A stretch of DNA of 64,000 nucleotides, taken from positions 3,328,001 to 3,392,000 of the forward strand of contig OY821641.1 in assembly GCA_963555995.3 (NCBI GenBank), written 5' to 3'. This stretch comes from Vicinamibacteria bacterium (GTDB taxonomy: Bacteria; Acidobacteriota; Vicinamibacteria; Marinacidobacterales; Marinacidobacteraceae). The translations under genes and the position numbers were made by a program. The notes below the pieces were generated by a model. It had not been told where the DNA came from, ran no database searches, and saw only the letters and a list, made by a program, of their open reading frames with translations. Position 1 is the first letter of the stretch; the number at the start of each line of letters is the position of its first letter. Below are positions 51,637 to 63,700 of the stretch, one piece after another.

Positions 51637-51700
51637 CGTCATCCTCGCTCAACGCGGCCAGGACTTCCGCCAGCAACTGCTCGTCGTCCTCGGTGGAGTC
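51550..51700 (-). other. Docking-domain pair at the gene A/gene B junction; the genes overlap by 14 bp
   Basis: Acidic C-terminus of A ([25 protein letters not shown]) and basic N-terminus of B (RDLTRRLVGQLKARKREIARLRE) directly before the KS. The stop of A (51623-51625) lies inside the first codons of B. Confidence 0.8.
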
Positions 51701-54700
51701 CAGGGGCCGTTCACCGCGGCTCCCCGAGCCCGGGTCGGCCCCGCCAACCCTCTCCAGTTGGTGCGCCAGATGCCGCGCGAGTTCCGTCGCGTCCGGGTAG
51801 TCCATCGTCACCGTGGTCGAGATCGGAATCACCCCGGCAAACCCGAGGTTCAGTCGGTTGCGGAATTCGACCGCCGTCAGTGAATCCATGCCCAGATCGA
51901 AGAAGCCCCTGGTGACGGCAGGCGTCGAGTCCAGACGCAGCACGTCCTGGATCTCCTCCAGGATGAACCCGCGAAGGATCTCCTCGACCTCGGAGGGAGG
52001 TACTCCGTGGAGCCGCGACATCAGTTCCCCGCCCGTCGCCGACGTCCGGACCGGACCGGTCAGATCCTCCAGCAGGGGTGCGGCTTCCACCGCCGCCCGG
52101 GGGCGCTCGGACCAATCCAACTGCGCCACCACGGTCGCCGCGGCATCCTCCCGCACCAGCCGGGAGAGAGCCTGCAGGCCCTGCGCGGGCGCGATCCATC
52201 CCGTCCCCGCCGCCGCCAGACCCTTGGCCAGCCGGTCCCGTCGCTCCGCCGCCTCTCCCACCTCGGACCACGCCCCCCACGCGATCGCCTGGCCCGGAAG
52301 ACCCGACGCGCGGCGGTGACGCGCCAACTGGTCGAGGAACGCGTTCGCGGCGGCATGGTTCGCCTGACCCGCGTTCCCCAGCACCCCCGCGGCGCTCGAA
52401 AACAGCACGAAGAGATCCAGATCCCGGTCCCTGGTCGCACGGTGAAGACACCACGCACCCAACACTTTCGGCCGCAACACGTCTGCGAACCGCTCCCAGT
52501 CCTGGTTCTCCAGTACCCCGTCGGACAGCGTTCCCACGCTGTGCAGCACGCCCCCGAGCGGCAGGATTTCCGCCTCCATCCGCGCGATCATCTCCGCAAC
52601 CGCCACCTCGTCGGTCACATCGCAGATCTCGACCCAGACCTCCACTCCCTGCTCCCGGAGCGTCGCGAGAGCCGCGGCCGCCTCCCCATCGGGTGGCCGC
52701 CGCCCGTTCAGCACCACGGCCCCCGCTCCCTGTTCCGCGAGCCAACCTGCCACTTTCAGCCCCACACCCCCGAGCCCGCCCGTCACCAGGTAGCTCCGAT
52801 CCCCTCGCAGACGACCCGTCGCCAGCGCCGACGGCGCGAGGACCACTTTCCCCCGGTGACGCGCGCGCCGCAGGTGTTCGAGCGCGGAACCGGCCTCCCG
52901 CAGCGGCCAGCGCGTGAACGGCAGCGGTTCGAGCGCCCTCGACTCCAGCCGCGCCAGCACCTGGCGCAGCGCCCGCGCCACCCCGGCCAGCTCCTCCCGC
53001 AGCAACCGGTCCAGTTCGAGAATGCGGTACTCCACGTCGGGCCGCACTTCCGCGATTGCCGGCGGGCTCCAGACTCCGCGCTTCGCCAACTCGACGAAGC
53101 GCCCTCCCGGCGCCAGGCAGGAAAGGCTGGCCTCGATGAATCCTTCGCCCGTCAGGCTGTTCAGCACCATGCTCACGCCTTTCCCGGCGGTCGCCTCCAG
53201 CAGGCCGTCCGCGAATCCGACATCCCTGCTGTCGAACGCTCCGGCGACCCCGAGCGAACGCAGGAAGTCCCGTTTCCCCGCGCTCGCGGTCCCGTAAACC
53301 CGCAGACCGGCCGCCCGCGCGCACTGAATGGCCGCCTGTCCCACTCCCCCGGTACCCGCGTGCACCAGCACGGAATCCCCGGCCTCCAGGCGCGCGAAAT
53401 CGAACGCCAGCACCGCCGTGACGAAGGCCACCGGCAGCGTGGCGAGCGCCGCTGACGAGAACCCCGCCGGCGCCGGCGCCAGCAGGTGCGCAGCCGTGAT
53501 GGTCTCCGGTGCGAGCGCCCCGGCGGCGAACCCCACGACACGGTCACCCACGGAGTACTCCGCCACCTCCGGACCCACCTCGACCACCCGTCCACACAGC
53601 TCGGCTCCGAGCGCCGGGACCGCGTCCACGAGGCCCAGTCCCAGCATCACATCCAGGAAATTCAGCCCGGCCGCGGCGACGGCGACCCGGACCTCCCCCG
53701 CCCCGAGCGGCGTCCGCGGCTGCGTCTCCACCCGCAATTCGTCGAGCCTGCCACCCGGACTCGGCGCGAACCGCCAGCCAGCGCCCTCCGGGATTTCCGT
53801 CCGCCCCCGCGACCGCCGGAGTCGAGCCACAAGCCGCTTTCCGCCACGCCACGCAGCGCGCGTCTCCCGGTCCGGAAACAGGAGTTCGTCCGCCACCGTC
53901 TCCGCCGGAAACAGGGTGTCCGGGTCGAGATCCAGTAGCCGCGGACGCAAATCCCCGTGCTCCAGATCCACGACACTCCCGAAACCCCAGAGCAGCGCCC
54001 CGGACAGCACCCCCGAAACCTCGCGCGCCAACACCTGGCCTCCCCGCGTCACGAACCAGGTCCCCGCGGAGGGCCGCACCCCCGCGTCCGCCATTCCCTG
54101 CACCAGCGACAGCGCGCTCGCTCCGACCGCTTCCACTTCCACCGCGAGTTCCGCCGGCGTCGTCTCCGCTCCGTCGCCCCGAACCCCCTCCAGGTGCGCC
54201 ACCCCCCGCAACGGGACCTGCGCCGGGAGCGACTCGAAGAACGTTCGCCAGGCCGTGCGGTCCGCCCCCCCGGGGCCGAGCGTCACCTGTTGCCGGCGCC
54301 GCTCCAGCGCGCGCCCGAGTTCCGCCGAAACCTCCCCGCCCCCCGCCAGCACGAACAGACCGAGCTCCCCGTCCACTTCCGCCGGAGCGCGCGCGAGGAT
54401 CACCGTCTGTCCCGAATCCTCGCCGAGGAAGGAAACGTCCCCGTAACCGGCGTCCGTCAGCGCCCGCCGCCAGACCTCGGCGCCCACGAGCGGATGGTCT
54501 CGCCGATACGCGTCGTCGAACCGCCACCACCCCGGGAGCAGGCCGAAGATGAGGTCCAACCAGCCCTGCGGTGCGGTCCCTTCCGCCGCCACCAACAGAC
54601 CCGAAGGCGCCAGCAGCCGGCGGCACTGATCCAGCGTTTCCGCGAGGTCCCGCGTCGCGTGCAGCACGTGCGCCGCAATCACCAGGTCATATCCATATCG

Positions 54701-57700
54701 ATCGACACCCTGCTCCCACGGATTCCGCTCGATGTCGAGCACCCGGTAACGGATCGCCGCCCCGCGCGCCCCGAAACGACGTTCGGCCGCGGCGAAGAAG
54801 CCGGCCGAAACATCCGTGAACTCGTAGTCCGTACGGCTTTCGGGTAAAGCTTCCAGCACGAATTCCGTCGTCGCCCCCGTTCCGGCGCCCACCTCAAGCG
54901 CTCGCAGGCGCCGGTCCGTCGGCAGTGTCGCAACGGCCGCCGAGACCGCATCCCCGAGCATCCGGTTCAGGGCCCGGCTCCCGGGCGACCGCCGATAGAG
55001 GTCGGCCGCGCCGGGCGCCGGTCCGAACAACAACTCCCGTGGATTTCGGCCTCCCCACAGGACCTGCGCCAGGGAAACACCGCACCGGCGCAACAACTCC
55101 TGTTCGATGGAGGTTGCCGCTTCCTTCGTTCCCCCCGGCAGCGGGTCGGCGGAGCCGTCCGTCACCTGCCAGCGGCCCGTCGCGTCCCGCCGCACCACTC
55201 CCGTTTCCTCGAGCAGGTGGAGCAGGCGGCCGAACAGCCGCCGATGGTCGCCGGTCACCTTCAGGCGCCGGCGCAACGCTTCCTCATCGAAACGATCACC
55301 CACACGCCGCTCCCACCCCAGTTCTTCCAGCGCCCGCAACGTGAACCAGCGGGCCTCCCGATCCAGCTCCGCGTGGCGCGCCGCGAGTCCCTCGGGGTCC
55401 AGCCCCTCCGCCGCCAGATACCGCTCCACCGGCTCGATTTTCGAGGCCACGACCGTCGGCGCCCCGAGGCACTCCGCCCCCAGCAGTCCCACGCCGGGCC
55501 CCTCGCGCCATTCGACTTCGTAGAACAGGTCCTCCAGCCGGGACCCGAGCAGCGTCGAACGGCTGGCGTGTTGCAGCGCCAACCCGCTGACCCCGCCGAG
55601 CACCTCGCCCGTCGGCGCGTAGAACGTGAAGTCCACCTGCCGCGTCTCCCGGTGCTCCTCGCGGACCCGCGCGCGGCAGAGCAGCCGCTCGGGAAGCGGG
55701 AGCGCCAGCCAGAGCCGCTCCCAACCGACCGGAATCCAGGCCTCACCGTGGTCGTAGCCCGGTTCCTCGGGGTCGAACGCGCCGGCGGCTACCTGGAAAC
55801 AACCGTCCAGCAACGCCGGATGCGCGGCAAGGGTCTCCCGGCCGGCGGCGGCTGGCAGTTCTACCGCCCCCACCGCCTCGCGGCGACCGACCCATAGTTC
55901 CGTGAGCGCGCGGAACGCCGCCCCGTAGGCGATGCCGTGGGATGCGAAACGCCCGTAGAGGTCGTCCAGGTCAAGGCGCCGCAATCCCTCCCGGAGCGCA
56001 AGGACATCGGCTGGATCCGCCGGTGGGCGGCGGTGGTTCCCGGCCCGTCCCTCCGCGTGCTGCACCCACGCGCCGTCATTCGCATCGCGACTCACCACCT
56101 CCAGGCGATTCTCGGCGTCCAGAACGACCTGTACCGTCCGTCCCTCCTCCCCGGACAGCACGAGGGGACGATGAATTCGCATCTCGGTCAGCGCGAGGGC
56201 CGCGTCCCGCCCCGTCTCCCGCAGCGCCTCCAGCGCCTGCGACGCGTAGAGCGCCGCCGGCGCCACCACCTCGCGATACACGCGGTGGTGCCCCAGCCAG
56301 GCTGGATCCGCTCCACTGAGTTGCGTTTCGAACGCAGTCTCCCCGCGGCGCGAATCCCAGCGCTCCCCGAGCAGCGGATGCCCCGCCCGGCGGCGCTTGC
56401 TCACCGTCAGCCAATGCCGCTTCCGCTGGAACGGATACGTCGGCAGCGACACCCGACGACGCTTTTCCCCGCTGAACAGGCCCCCGAACGAGACGTCGAG
56501 CCCCGCACCATACGCCTCCCCCACCGCCCGTACCCAGTCCTCGCTCCCGCCTCCCGCCGGAACCGACAGCAGCCGCAGGCCCCCGTCCCCCGGCCATGCC
56601 GACGACGCCCGCGCCCCCACCCCCCCCGACGGACCCACCTCCACCAGCAGACCCACTCCCAGACCCGACAGCGTCTCCAGCGCCCGCTCGAAACGCACCT
56701 CACCGCCCGCCTCCGAACCCCAACTTGCCGCGTCCGGAACCCCTTCCTCCAGCCGACCGCTCGCGCCACGCACCAGCGGCGCCCCCGGCGGCGACAGTTC
56801 CCCCTCCCAATCGCGCCCCGTCGCCAGCCGCAGCCCGCCCTCCAGATCCACCACCCCCGACGCGCACGCCGCCGCCAGCTCTCCCGCCCCACAACCCCAG
56901 ACCACCCCCGGAACCACCCCCACGCTCTCCCACAGCGCCGTCAGCCCCACCTGCAGCGCATACCGCGGCGCCGCCTCCTCCTCGTCTCCCTCCGCCCCTG
57001 TCCAGGCCGCCAGCGGCGGTCCCTCGTCTCCCAGGGTCGCCGCGCAGCGGTCCACCACCTCGCGGAACGCCGGCTCGCTCCCATAGAGCGCCCGCCCCAG
57101 GCCGGACCACCCCCCGTCCGCTCCCCCGTAGAGGAACGCAACCTTCCCGGCCAGCGGCTCCCTGGCCGCGCCCGCAGCGCCGGCCTCCACCTTCCGAAGC
57201 CCCGCGCGCAGCGTTCCCTCGTCCCGGAACACCACCCCCGCCCGCCAACCGAAGTGGCTCCGGCCCACCCCCGCCGTCCACGCCGCATCCGCCAGCGGCG
57301 CGCCCTCCGTCAGCCACTCCCCATACCGGCCCGCCAACTCCGAAAGCGCCCCCGCGCTCTTCCCCGACAGCGGCAGCAACCGCCAACCGCGCTGCGTGAA
57401 CCGCGCGCCATCCTCCTCCCCCTTCGAACCTCCCTCGTAGCCTTCCACGATCAGGTGCGCGTTCGTCCCCGAGAACCCGAACGAACTCACCCCCGCTCGC
57501 CGCGGGCGTTCCACCGACGGCCACCCCACCGCCTCCGACACCACCTGCACCGGCAGCTCCCCCCACGGGATCCGCGGGTTCGGGCGCTCGAAGTGCAGGT
57601 GCCGCGGGATCTCCTCCGAGCCCAGCGCCAGCAGCACCTTGATCAGGCCCGCGACCCCCGCCGCCCCCTCCAGGTGCCCCACGTTCGTCTTCACCGACCC

Positions 57701-60700
57701 CACCAGCAGCGGACGCTCCGCCTCCCGCCCCTCCCCGTACACCGACGCCGCCGCCGCCACCTCCACCGGGTCCCCCAGCTCCGTTCCCGTCCCGTGCGCC
57801 TCCAGATAGTCCACTTCCGACCCCGCGATCCCAGCACGCCCCAGCGCCTCTCCGATCACCCGCTCCTGCGCGGGGCCGTTCGGTACCGTCAGCCCCGCGC
57901 TCGCCCCGTCCTGGTTCACCGCCGAACCCAGGATCACCCCCAGGATCCGGTCCCCCGACGCCTCCGCGTCCGACAACCGTTTCAGCACCACCATCCCGCA
58001 CCCCTCACCCCGCACGTAACCGTCCGCCGACGCATCGAACGCCTTGCACCGTCCGTCCGGCGCCAGCATCCCCCCGTCGGCGAACATCCCCGTCACTTCC
58101 GAAGTCAGGATCGCGTTCACCCCTCCCGCCAGCGCCAGGTCCGCCTCGCCCTGAAGCAGCGCCATCGCCGCCTGGTGCACCGCCACCAGCGACGACGAGC
58201 ACGCGGTGTCCACCGTGAGCGCCGGACCCTCCAGACCCAGCGCGAACGAAATCCGCCCGACCGCCGTCGAAGCGGTCCCCCCGGTGGCCCGGTAGAAATT
58301 CCGGGCGGCGTCCACTCCCGCCGCCGCCAGCGCCTGGTACTCGTTTCCGCACACGCCCCCGTACACGCCCGTCCGGCTCCCGCGCAAACCCCCGGGATCC
58401 AACCCCGCATCCTCCAGCGCCGCCCAGCTCACCTCCAGCAGCAACCGCTGCTGCGGATCCAGCAACTCCGCTTCGACCGGCGCGATTCGGAAGAAGTCCG
58501 CGTCGAAACGGTCCAGATCCGCCACGTACGCGCCGAACGGACGCGCCGCCTCGGTCTCCGCGTCCACGAACAGCCCGTCCGGACGGCCCCGCGTCACCGC
58601 GTGCCTTCCCGCGGCCAGCAAGTCCCGGAATCCTTCCAGATCCCAACCTCCCGGGAACCGGCACGCCATCCCCACCACCGCAACCCGGTCCTGCCGTGGC
58701 GCCACCACCGCCAGCGGCGCACCCGCATCGAGTGTTTCGGGCAGGCCCCGCCCGAACCGCCCGGCCAGATGCCGGGCCAGCCGTCCGGCATCGGGATGAT
58801 CGAAGACCGCCGTGTTCGAAACCACCAGCTCCCCACCCAGCGCCCGGTTCAAACGGTTCCTGATCTCCACGGCCATGAGGCTGTCCATGCCCAGCTCGAA
58901 GAACCCCGTCTCCGGCGACGGCGGCGACGGCAGGCGCAGCAAGGCGGCCAGCTCACGCTGAAGGAATCGGAGCACCTCCGCCTCCCGATCGCGCGGGGCG
59001 AGGCCGCGCAGCCGGTCCGCCAGCAGCCCCGCCACCCGCTCGGCCCGCGCGTCGTCCCTCCCCACGAGTTCCTCCAGGAACGGGGAAGGCGAGGACAGCG
59101 CCGTCCAGTCCACCGATGCCGCCACCCTCGCCGCACCGTCGTCCCGGACCAGCCGCGAGAGCACCCGCAGCCCGCGTTCCGGCGCGATCCATCCCTCGCC
59201 AAGCCCCGGAGTCCGCTCCCGCCGCTCCGCGGCTTTCCCAACTTCCGACCACGCCCCCCACGCGACCGCCTGCCCCGGCAGACCCAACGACCGCCGGTGG
59301 AGCGCGAGCTGGTCCAGAAACGCGTTCGCCGCCGCGTAGTTCGCCTGTCCGGGGTTGCCCAGCACTCCCGCCAGACTCGAGAACAACACGAAGAACTCCA
59401 GCTCCCGGTCGCGGGTCGCCTGGTGAAGATGCCAACCGCCCAGTACCTTGGGCCCCAACACCTCCTGAAAGCGACCCCAGTCCTGGTTGGCGAGCGCCCC
59501 GTCCACGATCCTCCCCGCGGCATGGATCACCCCCCCGAGGGGCAGGGCCTCCGATTCCAGTCGCCGCAGCATCCCGTCCACCGCCGCCTCGTCCGCCACG
59601 TCCGCGATCTCGACCCGAATCGCGGCGCCCCGCTCGCGTAAGGCCTCGACGGCCGTCGCCGCACGCGCATTCGGGGTCCGCCGGCCGTTCAGCACGACCA
59701 GTCCGGCCCCCCGGTCCGCCAGCCAGCCCGCCACTTCGAGCCCGATTCCCCCGAGGCCCCCGGTCACCAGGTAGCTCCGGTCCTGCCGCAGGCGCCCCGC
59801 CGTCGCGGGCGGCCCCGCCGGGCTCGCCGCCCGCACGAGACGCGCCACCCGCCGCTGCCCGCCGCGCCAGGCGATCCGCGTCTCCCGATCGGGGAACACG
59901 AGTTCATCCGCCAGGGTCGCTACCGGAGGCGCCGCTTCGGGATCCAGATCCAACAGCCGCGGCCTCAGATCTCCGTACTCCAGGTCCACCACACTCCCCA
60001 GACCCCACAGAGTCGCGCCCGACAGGGCTCCCGCGACCTCCCCCTCCACCACCTGCGCACCGCGGGTTACGAACCACAAGCCCGCGGCGGGACGCACCGC
60101 CGCGTCGGCAAGCCCCTGGACCAGAGCCAACGCCCCCGATCCGACGGACGCCAGTTCGGCGGCAAGGGCTGACGCGCCGCACCCGGACTCATCCTCCCGG
60201 ACCGCCTCCAGATACGCCACCCCGGCGAGCGGGACGTCGCCGGAGAGCGACTCGAACAGCTTTCGCCACGCGTCCCGCCGCCCGGGCGACGGCCCCGTCA
60301 CGACCCGTTGCCCGCGCCGGTTCAGCTCCGCCGAGAGTTCCGCCGAGAACTCCCCGCCCCCCGCCAACACGAACAGGCCGGACACCGGATCCACCTCGGA
60401 GTGCGGAACCTCCTCCGCGGCGCGCCGGTCCGCCGCCACCACCTCCGGCTCCGCAAGGGACGCCGCCGAGAGAAGCCCCACGGGCGGACCGCGGCGCCAC
60501 TCGACTTCGTACAGCAGCTCCTCCACCGACGAACCCAGGAGCGCGGCCCGGCTCGCGCGCTTCAACGCGAATCCGGTCACCCCGCCCAGCGGGGTCCCTG
60601 CCGCGGTGTAAAACGCCAGATTCGCTCGCCACGTCTCGGCCGCGCCCTGCCGGAGCCGCCCATGGCAGAAGACCCGTTCCGGCAGCGGACCCCGGACCCA

Positions 60701-63700
60701 CAGTCGCTCCCATCCGAGCGGAAGCCAGATACCAGCCCCCTCCTCCGCGCCGGCAACACCACCGAGCGCCTGGAAACATCCGTCCAGCAGCGCCGGATGC
60801 GCCCAGAGACCCTCACGCCGCAACTCCGGCGGCAGCGCCACCTCGCCGAGCGCCTCCCCCCCTCCCGACCACAACCCCGCCAGCACCCGGAACGCCGGGC
60901 CGAGTTCGATGCCGGCCCCCGCCAACCGACCGTAGAAGTCTCCCGTCGCCATCGGCTCCAGCCGGTTCCGGAGCGCCGCCAGGTCCACGCCTTCCAAGGC
61001 CTCGACTCCCGCGTCCAGGCTTCCCTCCGCGTGGATCTTCCACGCCCCGCTCCCTCCGGACTCGCGACTCACGACCTCGAAACGGTCCCGGGAGCCCAGC
61101 ACCACCTGCGCCGTCCGGCTCGCTCCCACCGGCAACACCAGCGGACGGTGGATCTGGAAGTCGGTGAGGGTCACCCCCTCATCCCATCCACCAGCCGGGA
61201 CCACCTCCCGGAAGGCTTCCAGCGCCTGCGCGGCGTAGAGCGCTCCCGGCGCCACCACCTCCCCGAACACCCGATGGTCCCCGAGCCACGGCGGATCCTG
61301 TCCTTCCAACTCGGTTTCGAACGAGACCACGCCGTCCCGCGCATCCCGGCGAACTCCCAGCAGGGGCAGACCCGCGGCCGGGCGGGGGCGCTTCGAAACC
61401 TCCACCCAGTGCCGCTCCCGCTGGAAGGGATACGTCGGCAGCGACACCCGGCGACGGCGCTCCCCCGCGAAGAGGCCCGCGAACCGGACGTCCAGCCCCG
61501 CTTCGTACGCCCTCGCCACCGCCGCGACGTAGTCCCCGCTTCCGCCCCGGGTCAGGCTCGCAACCACCGCCGGCGCCTCCTCGCCCGGCCACGCCAGCGA
61601 CGCCAGCGGACCCAGCACGCCGTGGGGGCCGATCTCGACCAACACCCCCACCCCGAGCCCGGCGAGCGTTTCCACCGCCGTCCCGAATCGCACCGGCTCG
61701 CGCGCCTGACGACGCCAGTACGCCCCCTCCGGCGCGTCCGGAAGAACCCGGCCACTCACTCCTCCCAGCAGCGGAACCTCCGGCACCAGCGCCGGAAGCT
61801 CTCCCGCCGCCGCTTCCAGGTCCTCCAGAACCGGGTCCATCAACGCGCTCTGGAACGCATGGCTCGTCCGCAGAACCTCCACCCTTACGCCGCGCTTCCC
61901 CAACCGACGACAAAGGGACTTCACCAGCCGCCGCGGGCCGCTGACCACCACGTGCGCCCCGTTCTCCGCCGCCAGCGACAACCCCGGCCCCTGCACCCGC
62001 ACGTTCGTCTTCCGCAGCTCCTTCTCCAGCTCCGCAACTGGCGTGAAAACCGCCGCCATCGCTCCCCCGGGCGGCAGCGAACCCATCAACTCCCCCCGAC
62101 GCAGAGCAAACCGCAAACCCTCCTCGCACCCGAACACGCCGGCCGTCGACGCCGCCGCCAATTCTCCCGCGCTGTGGCCGAACACCGCCGCCGGACGAAC
62201 ACCGACACCCGCCCACAACGCCGTCAGCCCGCTCTGCAGCGCATAGAGCGCCGGCTGCGTCCATTCCATCCGGTCGAGGCCCCCCACATCACCGAACAGA
62301 ACCGGCAGCAGCGACTCCCCCCGCTCCTCGCGCACCACCGCCTCCGAGCGGTCCAGCACCTCCCGGAACACCGGCTCGTCTTCGTACAACTCCCGCCCCA
62401 TCCCCGCCCACTGGCTCCCCTGGCCGGTGTACAGGAACGCGACCTTCCCGCCCCGGAACACCGCCGTCTCTCCCTGTTCCACGGCCTCCAACTGCTCGCG
62501 CAGCGACGCCACGTCACGGAACACCAATCCTGCCCGGCGCCCGAAGTGGCTCCGCCCAACCCCCGCCGTCCACGCCATGTCCGCGAGCGGCGACTGCGCC
62601 GTCAGAAAGCCGAGATAACGGTGGGCGAGGTCGGAGAGCGCACCTTCCGTCTTCCCGGAGAGGGGGAGGACGCGGTGAGCGCGTTCCGGGCGGCGTGTTT
62701 CGTCCGCGTCCGGCGGACGCCCCCGACCGGGAGAACGGGGCCGACCAGAGGGCGGAGCGCCAGGCACCCGTACCTCCCGCCATTCCGCCTTCGTTTCCTC
62801 CCGTTCTTCCACATACCCCTCCAGGAGCACATGCGCGTTCGTCCCCGAATAGCCGAACGAACTCACCGCCGCCCGACGCCCACGATCCGCCGCCTCCGGC
62901 CACGTCTCACCCTCCGATACCACCCGAACCGGAAGCGAATCCCACGCGATCCGAGGGTTCGGACGTTCGAAATGCAGGTGCGGCGGGATCCAACCCTCCC
63001 GGAGCGCCAGCACCGCCTTCATCAGTCCCGCAACCCCCGCCGCCCCCTCCAGATGACCGATGTTCGTCTTCACCGTGCCCAACAACAGCGGGCGCGCCGG
63101 GTCCCGGCCCTTCCCATACACCCCGGCCGCCGCCTCCACCTCGATCGGATCTCCCAGCTCCGTCCCCGCCCCGTGCGCCTCCAGATAGTCCACTGTCGAA
63201 GGCTCGATCCCCGCCCGCGCCAACGCCGTTCCGATCACCTCCTCCTGCGCGGGGCCGTTCGGCACCGTCAGCCCCGCGCTGGCTCCGTCCTGATTCACCG
63301 CCGAACCCAGCAGCACCGCCAACACCCGGTCCCCGTCCCGCTCCGCCTCCGACAACCGTTTCAACACCACCATCCCGCAACCCTCTCCCCGCACGTACCC
63401 GTCCGCCGAAGCGTCGAACGTCTTGCACCGACCGTCCGCCGCCAACATCCGCGCGTCCGTAAACACCCGGGTCGGCTCCGAAGTCAGGATCGCGTTCACC
63501 CCGCCCGCCAGCGCCAGGTCCGCCTCGCCCTGGCGTAACGCCGCCGCCGCCTGGTGCACCGCCACCAGCGACGACGAACACGCCGTATCCACCGTGATCG
63601 CCGGTCCCCGGAGACCCAGCGCGAACGACACCCGGCCCACCGCCGTGGAAGCCGTCACCCCCGTCGCCCGATACAGGTTGCTGGAACTCTCGCCCCGCGA

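Noticed and set aside
1-51636. Interpreting gene B as a pseudogene because its ATs and some KRs are degenerate
   Set aside because: The frame stays open over >51 kb with intact KS triads, DH dyads and ACP serines, and the losses are precise and in-frame. This is more consistent with purifying selection.
56880-56905. Conserved Cys in the AT0 GCGAG motif as an alternative nucleophile
   Set aside because: It aligns with the His of GHSxG, not the nucleophile-elbow Ser (now Gly), and the catalytic Arg and His are lost. Its conservation is explained by duplication.
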